In this document: piece after piece, positions 49,246 through 61,133 of the stretch
Position numbering within the stretch: position 1 is the first letter of the stretch
Layout: every line of letters begins with the position of its first letter
Source of the DNA: Balanoglossus misakiensis
Taxonomy: Eukaryota > Animalia > Hemichordata
Assembly (NCBI GenBank): GCA_040954595.2
Contig: CM082595.2
Coordinates: 8,538,317-8,602,316, forward strand
DNA: 64,000 bases
Reading direction: 5' to 3'
Position numbers and translations under genes: made by a program
Notes under the pieces: model-generated
Databases searched by the model: none
What the model saw: the letters and a program-made list of their open reading frames with translations, nothing else
What the model was told of the DNA's origin: nothing

Positions 49246-52200
49246 TGAACAATGTCCTTGTAATAGACAGGTTTTGGTTGAGACAGGTTTTACTGTATTT
49301 TGATACATGCTCTGGCTTAACCATTTCACCACCATGGTACAGTCCAAACCCGTTGTTTTCTATGGTAAGGTTGGACCTCTAAAAAGGGAACTGGGAGGTT
49401 CTTTCTGGGAATCTCTTTATTTCTTCTGTCACAAAAATTGCATGGGAGTTCTAATTCTAAAAGGAGCACTGATTTGATAAAATATCTCAAAGTCAAGTTT
49501 TGGATGTGGCTCCAGTTCAAGTATTGTAGGTGACTAGTTTTCCGGAGTTCAAGTCTGTATACTTGCAGTAGAGTTGGTCACATGGACTTGGGTAATCTGA
49601 GTGTGGTCAGAAATTGAACTTACACACACACATTGATTGAGTTAAGAACATGTCTGGTGTATTACTGTAATATGACTAGATACTGCAAATGCATACACAA
49701 TAAGCGTATGTTAAAATACACAGTTTTCATTGATATATCTGATTCATGAAATTAAATACACATGTTCATTAAAACCCACTATGATAGAGCACCCCCACTG
49801 TTCAGAATGTCAGTTTTGAAGTCCTATATCTATGACGTCATGCCTAGCTGTCAATGTTAACTGATGTGTACTTGTACTACTTGTAAATGGAAGTACTTTA
49901 AAGTAAAGCTCAGATGTAAGGGTTTTGTAAAATAAATATAATATTAAAACATTGCAATCATTTTAGTCCTTCGGAACAGCGGTTCAATTGACTAATGTGA
50001 TCACTCTGTGTGCGGCATATGGCATATTAAGCATTTAGTATTTTTCAATCAGAAGCCATTAATCCTGTGATTAATTCTGCTTCTTGCAACACTGATTTTA
50101 AATCACCACACATGAATATTTTTATCCAAAGGACTGTGGTGCCCAAGTTTTTATGATAAGATAAACAAACAGTGAAATTCACTGAAGAAGTGAGTGAGCA
50201 CTTGGCCTATCATTGTTCAATGAAATGTGACCACCAATTCATTGACGCCTTGAGCATAGCAACAACAACCTGTGTATTGACGATACTGCCTGTAGCCTTT
50301 CAGTTGATGTTGCTTGATGTACATATATGACTGGAGTCGATCATTTGTGTTTTTGTTGCATTGTTATTTTTAACAGCGTATTAAGCAATTTTTGTTTGAG
50401 TTCATCATTCAGTGATGGTAGCTGACTAAAATCAGTGATTGTCGTCAGGTTATGTATTTCAATTTTCAGGATGACTGCTTTTGTAATAAATTCACAAGTT
50501 CTGTGACCGTCACAATAGTGTTCTGAATTATTGGTTTGTTTTCCTGTAGTGTGCATTTACATGTTCCCAGATAGGAAGTTTTAATGGGTATTAGTGTCAA
50601 CATCCACAAGTGACTTGAGGCCAGTGAACTTGCAGTTGTGTGTAGTTTGGATATTAGCTTGTGGTGATATTAACATGGCGAATATCAAAATAGTACAAAC
50701 AAATGTTTAAAACAGGACATATCCATAGCTTTCCCTTTCATAATTGGACTGTATTGTTATTGAAGTACAAAGACTTTCCAGCAACATGACATGGCTGGAT
50801 TTTTTTGTAGGAAACAAGTCCGGCTGCTATTTGCTGTCTTTGTATTACACTACTAGTAACATCTCCATTTCTAGCTTTGCACCTCACATTCAATGAATAG
50901 ACCTGTGGATGTTTTGACACTTCTCGTCAATGAATGTGTATGGCTGCAGTTTATCAAATGATACACAAGTCAAAGGAACAAACAGTGACTTTTATTTCTT
51001 TTGAGAACCTTGCATTCTTATATTTAAATGCTCACTCACTGGCCCCAATTGCAAAATAGCAACATTTAATACATGCGATATTCAATGCGTTTACAGTATT
51101 CAAAAATGTTTGAAATTGAATATTGTGCCAAAGAGTGGTGTTGTCAGTCCAAATATCAAAGCATTGAATGATTGTTCACAGTTTCCTGTATGGTTTGGCC
51201 CACCTCTTGTGAAAAGATGACTTGTGATATAGTGTTGTACATTGAAAAGAAATATATATACATGTATTTTAAATAATTCATATTTTCAATCTAGAAGTGG
51301 GAGCTGCTTCCTCAAGATATAATTGACTGTCAGAATGAAAGGCAAGCGATTCACACAAGTTAACTCCAACACAACAACTCTTCAATTAAATAATTGACAT
51401 CAGATAACCACAAAGGCATTATTCAAATAAATTGTATAAATGCAGTTACAAGATTTGATGTCTGAAATTTACTGATATGTGTAGATTTTGTCAGCATTTC
51501 CCTTCCTGGGTTACTTTGCGATTAGTTGTTTTGCGTAGTAGAATGGAACAGTGCCCGGTCCGGATTGGTCACATTAATGTTCAGAGAGAAAGTTAATTTG
51601 GCAACTGCTCATTGTATGAAAGGTCATAGGGTTAAGATGTCTTATGTCAAAGTCACTTATGAATCCCTTAAAGATAAATGTAACCTATCTTATTGACAGA
51701 TAAGCCAGCAACAACAGAGAAATGTTATACACCCAAATGCTATCAACGAGGTGAGCTTCTGTCTATCTAGGAAATGGTGCCACACTGCTACTGATAAGGA
51801 CAAAAAAAGAGTTTTGTTTAGCGCGTAGGAAAATGTCAAAAATTTTAGTTATGGTAAACAACCAACACGCAAACATTTATTTTCTTTTCAATTGTTTGAT
51901 AAAATTATTATAACTATCCCAAAATTTGCAGCTTGTGTGCCTTTAAAATTCAAATTCCTGTCCAAAGGGTGTCTACCCCTGCTGGTCAACTGTTATATAG
52001 GCAATTTACACAAACACGTACCAGTATAGATTCGACCACAGTCCTGTTGGCAAACATGCTCCAATGGTCTTTGCAGACAACCATCATAAATGCATGAAAC
52101 GCAGCACGCTCATTCAGTCCGATAATAGGTGGTAAAACATAACATTTTGACATCACTAACATTTTTCCCAGTGACCAAATAATCTCAGTTTGAATCGACT

Positions 52201-53895
52201 GTTGATTTTGTGGAAACATTAACATGGCCAGTTTTGTCCAGTGGCTGTGATTGAAACCATCTCCAATACCAGAAAAATGCTGATCCAAAACAAACGTTAA
52301 GCACAAATTGTCATTTTGACTCGTATACTCAGAGTTTCGGAAACTTGATCAAGTAATATGACTTCAGAGAGGGGGGGGGGAGCAGTATCCCCTTCCATTT
52401 ATTGGCTGTTTAAACAGATGTGTCAGTTATGTTGAAGCATTCTTCCTGCTTTATGCAGATGCAATTTGCGCCCCCATCCTCTACATACTGTAATCAGTCT
52501 CAGTGTTTGCCTGCTCGAGATTGTCAGTTTTTCATTAAAAGGAAATATTCATTTAAATTAAGCTTTAAATAATCTTATATATGATATTAATTATGTCTAT
52601 TAAATGACATTTCATAATATATCAAGATCAACACTTATGTATGACAAAACAGGCCAAAAATGAAAGAAAATCTAAAATTCCTGTATTTTTTAAAAATTGC
52701 AATTTTGCAATGAAAAATGAAAATCTAATGTTTCAGCGGTGTACATTTACTTGCATGAGTTCTAGTGGAGGAGATCATGTTTTGTTTATGAAGTTCAATA
52801 GTCAGAAATGCAACGTTTTCATTGTTTCTTGCATTTCCCACGGTGGCAGCCATATTCCTTTATGGCAAAGCTTTATTATTTATCTGGTTAAAACTTGCAA
52901 ATGCACTCATATTTAGGGTTAAAAATACTTGTATACAGTTCAGTGCCTACATCTGCATGGACTAATACTAGTAAAGTTTGAAAAAAAATGATAATTATCC
53001 CTAAAGTTTCAACTTATATGCCTGTAAGCGACATACCTTGTATGTGCATGAATTTGTCGTCAACCGGAAACGGATTACTTGTATGAAAATGTTTGGAGTT
53101 CTCGCAGCGATTTTAAATTCACCACTATTTTCTTGGGCTGGCCATCTGAAAGGCAGCATGGTTGTCAAAGGATAAATCTTTTATGTCAACCGAGCAACAT
53201 ATTTAATATCATGAAGTGTACACAACATTTGCACTGCTGGAACTATCATGACCACAATACTTGTTTACAATACTTGTTTACCATGGAGGTCAACTGGACC
53301 CCTATAAAAACGGTAGAACCGTTTTAATCCAGCTGACTTTCAAATTGCAAAGTACCGTCACAATCAAATTTGATAAGCCTATTTATATGCATTAATTCAA
53401 GTTTAAAGGAAAACTCATGAAAAAATGTGCGTTTTGTGTTTACCCCACTGTGTTCACTGATCAGGTTTGCAAAATACATTCAACCTTATGTAGTATGGTA
53501 ATCAAACACTTAAAATGTGATGTCATATAACAAAGGCGTGTTGAAATACCCTGAAAGAAATAAAGTGTCTGTTTTACTTCTTACAATATACCATGCCAAC
53601 AATTCTGCTGATGCAAAATTCAGTTGATGCAACACTTACAGATGTATGCACAGAACATAAAATCAGTATGGGAACCCTCCATTAAAACTTTTGCACTTTG
53701 TACCTGACTTGGCTATTGTCAAGTCGTGTCACTTAATATGTAATATTACCTGTAATCTGTTTGGTTTTGTTATTATTTTGTTATTTCATGCGTCCTTGAG
53801 CTTGGTGGGTGACACACTTTACACACCAGCTTGTTGCATGCATGGCACTATTTTTTGACTAAAAATGTTCCTTCCAGGCCATTAAATTACCTATA

Positions 53896-54070
53896 CAGTA
53901 AAACTCCAATTATCCATATCCAATTATCCGAACTGTTTGGTTATCCAAACTGCTGTCATGTCCCCCAAACAGTTCTTTTGTATAGGATCGCTATCTGAAT
54001 AACCGAACTGTCTGCATATCCGAACAAAATCAATGTCCCCCTGTCAGTTCGGATAATTGGAGTTTTACTG
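53896..54070. mobile_element. pogo/Tigger-like MITE
   Basis: ta|cagtaaaactccaattatcc ... ggataattggagttttactg|ta. Confidence 0.8.
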
Positions 54071-54566
54071 TATTGGGATATATCTTCATTTTGGCAATTT
54101 GTACGATGGGTAAACACTATTTGACGGGCGGAGAAGGCCTGCTTATTGATATGTATTCTATTGCAACCAATCAGTACACATAGTTAGAGACTGCTCAGCA
54201 CTCCAGATCTTATATCGAGAGCGGCCACTGTTTCGCGAGTATAAATTTTCGCGTTCTCTTATTTCATTCACTGCATCGTTATCTTCAAAAAAAATTACGT
54301 GACACTTTATTTTTACACTATTTTGGCACTTGCGTATTTGGCGAAAATGTATTGCTCGCGAAAAATTAAAGCCGCTTGCACAAGTGCCATTGTTAGGGCG
54401 CCCTTTTTGGGATTATAAAATTTGGTAAACATTTCTTATCAGTGACTCAAATACTTTTGCTGCATGCACATGTGTATAAAAGGGACAGGGTCATCGCCCT
54501 CTACGCGCGTCCACAGCAGCGTGACTAAAGGTCACTATGTTCACACGTGATTTGAGTCGCTGTTTA

Positions 54567-55755
54567 CAGTGGAACGCCGATTATCCGAACCTGTTGGGCG
54601 GGTTAGATTTTGTTCGGATAATTGATTGTTCGGATAATTGATTTTGGCACGTCCCAACAAAGGAAATTGACCACACCATTGGGGCATGCGTATGTTACGA
54701 TGTTTCCCACATGCACATGCATTTTCCATGCACTCACAAAAAGAAGTTAATAAAATAATAAAACACAATTCGTCTTCTTTTATATAAAAAAATACATATA
54801 TTAAGAGTTCAAAAGGTTAAGAAAGAAAAAAAGACGAAGTCAAAGCTGCAATGTTCTGATCCGTTCAACATCGTATGTGGCCGGTCATCGTACCAAACCA
54901 CGGAACGTGCGTAGGCCTTCCATGGCCACAGTAGATTTCGCTAGAGCTGGTGTCTCGTTCTCTTTATCGTCCTAATTTTTCATGCAATGAGTTTATTTCT
55001 GAGAAACAAAGTCGATGATTTCATCATACGTTAATGTTTCGAAGCTGTCATAGTTCTCGCTAGTCTCCAAATCTTCGATGTCAGTGACATTCAAACCGCG
55101 CAAAACATGCTCTCCGCACGAGGTCACTTCCGCAAGTGACGTCTTGGCTGTCATTCATATCGGCGCTGCCATGGTCACCGACCGCGACCCGACACGCCTT
55201 CACTGTGTCGCGGAATGAAGTCCATGCGTTTGAAAAGCCGTGTCTTTGATGTTGACACCTCGGGCGATCTCCGCCGTCTGCTCGCACGAGTCAAAGACGG
55301 GCGATCTCACCCAACCCATGGCTTTCATTTGTATTATCAACGACAGTGCTAAGCTTATTTCGGCGATAAATCTACTTCACACTATCAAAAAATTGCCAAA
55401 GCCGTGCCGACGCGACAAGTGATTTTGCGTGTTTTACACTTGAGTGTGAAATCCTAGTGTCGAATGTTACGATACCCGAAAGTGTGACACTCTGTTGTCG
55501 TAAAATGATTGAAATATTCAATGATAAAGACGTTTTTAACACGTCCCACCTCCCTTTACAACAGAAACAATTAGAACTGACCAAAGAAAACTGTCCGAAA
55601 TGTCAGTTTTCCTGCGGAAATGTCACAGACCGCCGAGAAAACAGGTGCTTGGCATGGCTAATAAAATGTTCAGGGACCGTACCCGGGACCGTACCAAAGC
55701 GTTCGGATAATCCGAAATTCGGATAATCGGCGTTCGGATAATCGGCGTTCCACTG
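54567..55755. mobile_element. pogo/Tigger-like internally deleted DNA transposon
   Basis: ta|cagtggaacgccgattatccgaac ... gttcggataatcggcgttccactg|ta; subterminal ttcggataa repeats. Confidence 0.85.
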
Positions 55756-56154
55756 TAGTGCAGCGCCCCGACCCAGGTCCCACCCCTCAACACCGTCCCC
55801 AAAAAAGCCGCTCTCACCTTTTCACACGTGGCACTTACAAATTAACGCCGCCCTAGGGCCGCTGCTGGGGCGGCGTTGATGGCACGTGTGAAAGGCACTA
55901 AAGTGTTTTACAGTATGTACTTTTTAATCCCTTCAAATATTTGAATATGATTAATTCCATGATAAGTGGGACAAGAAACCACAGTTGATACCCAAAAAAA
56001 ATATTGAGAAAATAACCCGAAGTTGGAGTTACTGAGCTTTAAATTGATTTCAATAATCTCCCAAGTGAAAATTGGCTGAAGCTCCTGTAGTCAGTTACCT
56101 GTTGGTAGATTGACACATGACAATGATTGACTGTTTACACTTTTGATCTTTTAG

Positions 56155-56376
56155 AGGAATATTCAAGCACTGCAGGAGAATCTAGAGATGGCACAGAAAA
56201 TAAGAACTTGAATTGAAGAATCAGCAAGATCAACATGCACGACAAAATCAACTCATAACACAAAGACAACAACAAAAGCAATTACAAAGATAGCCCAACA
56301 ACAACAACAACAAGCAGTGCAAGCACAGCCATCCAATATACAATCAACAAATCAACAACTAAGACACCACTTTCAA
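56155..56376 (+). pseudogene. MED25: Q-rich exon, probably from the MED25 3' region, disrupted
   Basis: AG/GT-bounded; NIQALQENLEMAQ...QQLRHHFQ with frameshifts and stops; resembles the recalled invertebrate MED25 Q-rich tail. Confidence 0.5.
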
Positions 56377-57526
56377 GTAAGTTGTCACAATAATGTGAAC
56401 AGTGAATATTTTGAAAACCAAGACTGATACCCGTGTCACTCCTGGGAATTGTTATGTGGGGAAAAATAAAATCATTTTTCTCAAAAAAGGAGCTTTCTTG
56501 ATGTTACAAATAACATGTTCTGTGCCATTCCCGAAATTATCTTAATGTATTTGGGACCTGACAGTCACACAGAATAAATTCAAAGCACTATTTGCCCAAA
56601 GCAGACCTAAATTACAGACAGAGGAATACAACAAATCTTGTCTCATTCTTATTTTCAATTCTTCTAGTTTTTCCATGGTATCAGTGTGGAAGCACTGATG
56701 ATAACCTCCGTCAGACAGTTTTAAATGCAGACAATCGTCTTACTCTTATGCACATATGTGTAATTTTGTGTGTACAAAATAAGATCAAATCCAAATATCT
56801 GCAAATTTTATGTGCATGCATTCAAATAGTGGACTGCCTTCACTTCCTTTCATATTTCTTGCCCACCATATATATATATATATATATAAAGAAGACTTTC
56901 ATTTTGTCTCTTCTTTTCACTCAATTTGCTGTTTTTTTTTCCTAATTTACGACACAGAGTATGGTTGCCGCCATCTTGTCTGTTGTATAGACAGAATTGT
57001 GTCATTGATAAAGTTTTTGTAACCAGAATCTCTGCTTTGGCACATGCGCATTAGACGATCATAACCCTTTAACAAAAGTCTGCTTAGAATTTAAATCACA
57101 TTGTTTTCAAAATGTCTGCATCTGATTACATGGTGAATTAAAGCTGAAAGCAGTGTTCACTGGGCCCAAGCGATTCCCAGGGTTTCTACAGAATGCCAAG
57201 GATTATCTGCTGTGGATACCAGAAATTTTGTCAAAAAGTTTTGATCCTAAACTGATTTATGTCCTACAAAATCCAAACTTCTAGATCTATTGGTTAGCCT
57301 AGAATTAGGCGTGTACATAATTAATTAGGTCAATGGGGGTCCTGAAATTAACCATCAAATAGTAGACACGACACGACTATACCCGAAATTACAGTTACTT
57401 TATGCCTCCCTAAATTTCAGTCTGATTGACAAATGTGAAGAACGTTAAAGAGAGCTGTCTCCTGATACATTGCCGCTTTCTGTGAAGTGACTTTAAAAAG
57501 AAAACCATTTTGTTTGCATTCAACAG

Positions 57527-57811
57527 CAACAACAAAAACAACAAGCTAGCGGTACACAACCAACCATTCCACCACCACCACCACAACAACAACAACCAGC
57601 AGCAACACAACAAACATGGCAACAACAACAGCAGTTCTTACAACAACAGCAATCACAACAACAACAACAGCTGTTACTAGGACAATAGCCACGGCCGCGA
57701 CCACAGGTACCTCAGATGGGCTTGGCACCCAGCATGCAACAAACACAGCAACAATCAAGTAGTAGTCTGCTGGCTGATGACATGAGTCTTTTTGATATTC
57801 TGAATCAATAA
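57527..57811 (+). pseudogene. MED25: Terminal Q-rich exon, probably the MED25 C-terminus, premature TAG at 57686
   Basis: Q/P-rich frame ending SLLADDMSLFDILNQ*, similar to the acidic-hydrophobic MED25 C-terminus (human EDDILMDLI, recalled). Confidence 0.55.
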
Positions 57812-58639
57812 ATTCATACAGGAAACTGACTATAATGAACACGAGACTGTAGACTTTAATTAAACAGATCAAATAACACAGAATGGTTATTCCAGTGTAG
57901 TAACAGAATAGACTTGTTCTGTACTAATTCTTGCATTAGCTTTACTTTGTTTCCATCGTAATACCTTATTTCAATATGACCATATTTGTATGCGAGACAG
58001 ATGTAACTGGTTGTCAGTGTCTATCGTAATACAAAGTCTGCCATACACAAAGCAACTATGCATTGTCTTCTGGTGTGAAAAAAAGATACTTAGGATGTAC
58101 TGTAAAACAGGAAATTTTCACGAGCGATAAATTTGCATGAATCATGCAAGAGCCAAAATAACCTGAAAACTAAAAAGTCGCAAAAAAAATGTTTTTCTGA
58201 AATAATGATGAATTGAAATTCGAGAATGCGAAAATTAATCATTACATAACAGTCGCCACTTTTGATATTGCGAAAATTTCCTGTTGGGAAAATTTCATGT
58301 TTTACAGTATAACAGTATAGAAAACATTTTCCAATTTCCGAAAAGTAGCCGTTTTTTAAACTTTTTTCAAGGAAATTAGTGTTTTGTTCACAGTACAATA
58401 TATTTCGATATTTTTCTATGATTAATTTCAAGATGTTTGCGAGTGTGCAGAAAGAAAAGAATAAACTGTGAAATTTCCATAGAAATAATAAAGGAGCCAT
58501 CTTTGGGTTGTATGGATTTGAATATTTCATTGAAAAAAACTAATAATTAAATTATGAATTCAATTAATAGTACAATTTGCAAAAATTGCTAGTCACTCCA
58601 GAAGGGTCAGTGTCTGGAAATTTCCGACCTCTGACCCTT

Positions 58640-58995
58640 GTCAGTGGTCGGAAATTTCCAGACACTCAGGGAATGTGAGAGCCTGGAAATTTCCAAGCAC
58701 TGACAAGGGTCAGTGGTCGGAAATTTCCAGACACTCAGGGAATGTGAGAGCCTGGAAATTTCCAAGCACTGACAAGGGTCAGTGGTCGGAAATTTCCAGA
58801 CACTCAGGGAATGCGAGAGCTTAGAAATTTCCAAGCACTGACAAGGGTCAGTGGTCGGAAATTTCCAGACACTCAGGGAATGTGAGAGCCTAGAAATTTC
58901 CAAGCACTGATAGGGTTAGTGGCCGGAAATATCCAGACACTCAGGGAATGTGAGAGCCTTGAAATTTCCAAGCATTGACAGGGTCAGTGCTTGGA
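58640..58995 (+). repeat. 69-bp tandem repeat (~5 units)
   Basis: Unit gtcagtggtcggaaatttccagacactcagggaatgtgagagcctggaaatttccaagcactgacaagg. Confidence 0.9.
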
Positions 58996-59039
58996 AATCT
59001 TGAGTTTCTCTGTCATGTTTCAAATTATGGCCTTTAGGA

Positions 59040-59400
59040 AAGCTATCTGTTGAGGAACTGCGCCTGTGTTTATATCTTCAACCCTACGGATGAGATTGGT
59101 CATTTGACTGCGGTGGCCTCTTCTGCTGTTCTTCTCTCTCTCTCCATGCCCGACATCCTGGTCTCGGCACCAACAAATGTACCGCGTACACTTGGGAATA
59201 GGTTCGGAATGAAGAGAGAGGGGCGGGATGGCCAATACTTGTTTATAAACAGTGGTTTGAACTGTGACATTTGGTAACACTGCATAATTCAAGAACAATA
59301 GCATTTGGTAGTTGTGAAGTTGTGACTTTGTATACAGAGTAGAAAGAACAATTATGTCAGATAAACAATACCAATTCCCAATAAACAACTAGTGTATGGG
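59040..59400 (-). mobile_element. LTR-retrotransposon fragment (LTR end, tRNA-His-type PBS, gag start; BEL/Pao-like)
   Basis: Minus strand reads ...ggtaca tttgt TGGTGCCGAGACCAGGAT (59155-59172), then MSGMER..NSRRGHRSQMTNLIRRVEDI. Confidence 0.55.
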
Positions 59401-59451
59401 CTAACTCAGAGGAGTTGGTAGGCGAAGCCTGTCATGAACATTGTGACGCTA

Positions 59452-59843
59452 AGGCTCCTTAGACAAACCTGTTGCGTCTGAGGTCCAGATCCGTACCAGA
59501 GCTTTTCGTCGAAATTCGATTTTATCGGGAGAATATCCTTTCCCTGTCTACTAACCGGTTATAACCGACTCCACGATTGACTTCTTCTAACATCCGAACC
59601 GCTCGCTTTCTGAAACTTTTGTGTTTACCCATTGAGATAACCTCACTGTATTCAATATGGCGATCTCAACAGGTAAACACAAGAGAAAATCAGAAAGCGA
59701 GCGGCTCGGAAGTTAATTACATCATATTTGGAGTCATTTGTGGGTAGACGGGGGAAAGATTCCCCCCGATAAAATCGAATCTCGGCCGAAAAGCTGCTGT
59801 CCGGATCCGGATCTCAGACGAATCAGTTTTGTCCATGGAGCCT
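59452..59843. mobile_element. Near-palindromic MITE at the centre of the foldback element
   Basis: aaggctcc...ccgctcgctttctga / tcagaaagcgagcgg...ggagcctt. Confidence 0.6.
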
Positions 59844-59912
59844 TGCAGAGATGTGGTGGAAGCCATGTATTAAACGCCGGGAGAACGCATACCTGTACGG
59901 GGGACTACCACG

Positions 59913-60225
59913 ACCCTGTCAGTGCTTGCAAATTTCAAGGCTCTCACATTCCCTGAGTGTCTGGAAATTTCCGACCACTGACCCTTGTCAGTGCTTGGAA
60001 ATTTCTAAGCTCTCACATTCCCTGAGTGTCTGGAAATTTCCGACCACTAACCCTTGTCAGTGCTTGGAAATTTCCAGGCTCTCACATTCCCTGAGTGTCT
60101 GGAAATTTCCGACCACTGACCCTTGTCAGTGCTTGGAAATTTCCAGGCTCTCGCATTCCCTGAGTGTCTGGAAATTTCCGACCACTGACCCTTGTCAGTG
60201 CTTGGAAATTTCCAAGCTCTCACAT
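59913..60225 (-). repeat. 69-bp tandem repeat (~4.5 units), inverted copy
   Basis: Reverse complement of the 58640-58995 array. Confidence 0.9.
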
Positions 60226-60760
60226 GCCACTGACTCTTTTCCAAGTATTTCAGCTGCAAAATATGGATTTGTCAATGAGCAGTGCTTATTTCCTAAAATT
60301 CATACGAAATCCAACGGATTTGTGTGATACGGATATTAATCTAACAATTCTTGTAATAAATATTGGGTTTCAGATTTACTTTTTGATGCTATTTTTTTTT
60401 TCTGGCGAAATTTTACAAACAATTCACACACTTGCAAATTTTCAATAGAAATATTACTCATGATAAACATGGAGACAAAGTTTCATTAGAAAAAAATCAA
60501 AAGGACTGTCATGTACGTGGCTTTGATGGAGACTCAGTTTTTTCACAGATAAATTTTAATTTGAGTTTAAAGCCAAAATATGACAAAATGCATTTTTCCT
60601 GCTGTACAGCTGCAGGAAAGAGACTAAGAATACCTTTATGTAATTTTTTCATTAGAAATTGGCAAAGAATAAGGAATATTTTCATAAATTTCTAACTTTT
60701 TCAGCAGTAATTATGTAAAAAAGAGGTTTTTCGGAAATTGGAAAATGTTTTCTATACTGT

Positions 60761-61133
60761 TAGTATATACCCATTTTTTCTGCTTCCAAAACGAACATTT
60801 AGAGTCATGCATGCCACTGGCCCAATAAAACCTGATAGCCCTTGCTGGGAACTGTGATGTAACTAGCATCCCCCTCGAAGTCACGCACATAAACTGATCA
60901 ATGGTGATTGTGTGTAAAGATACAGTGAAGGCAAGGCTAATTTAAAGTCAAAATGGTACTCATCCTTAACAACACATGTATCCTTTGACCAATCAATGGA
61001 AAAAAAAGTCTGTGATTGACTTCAAAGTGATATTAATTACATCACAATTCCCAGCAAGGGGTATCGTGCTTTATTGGGGCAGTGGCATGCATAGTTTTTG
61101 GAAGCAAAGCTGACAAAATACAGCTATATACTA
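60761..61133. mobile_element. MITE with long imperfect TIRs
   Basis: tagtatata...atgcatgccactg..cccttgctgggaactgtgatgtaa / ttacatcacaattcccagcaaggg..cagtggcatgcat...tatatacta. Confidence 0.6.

Larger units (their letters stand above)
58312..60760. mobile_element. Foldback-like TIR element with mirrored 69-bp tandem arrays
   Basis: ta|acagtatagaaaacattttccaatttccgaaaa ... ttttcggaaattggaaaatgttttctatactgt|ta. Confidence 0.8.

Noticed and set aside
51986-53330. Short ORFs as candidate genes or missing ACID-domain exons
   Set aside because: No recognisable motif; consistent with chance ORFs in AT-rich DNA
57527-57760. Thr-rich mucin-like ORF or antisense Val-rich membrane ORF
   Set aside because: Alternative readings of a (CAA)n-rich tract; the Gln frame fits the splice acceptor and a plausible C-terminus
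58640-60225. 69-bp repeats as a CRISPR array or a repeat protein (EISRLSHSLSVWKFPTTDPCQCL)n
   Set aside because: No unique spacers and no cas genes; the arrays are mirrored inside a TIR element; the ORFs arise because 69 is a multiple of 3
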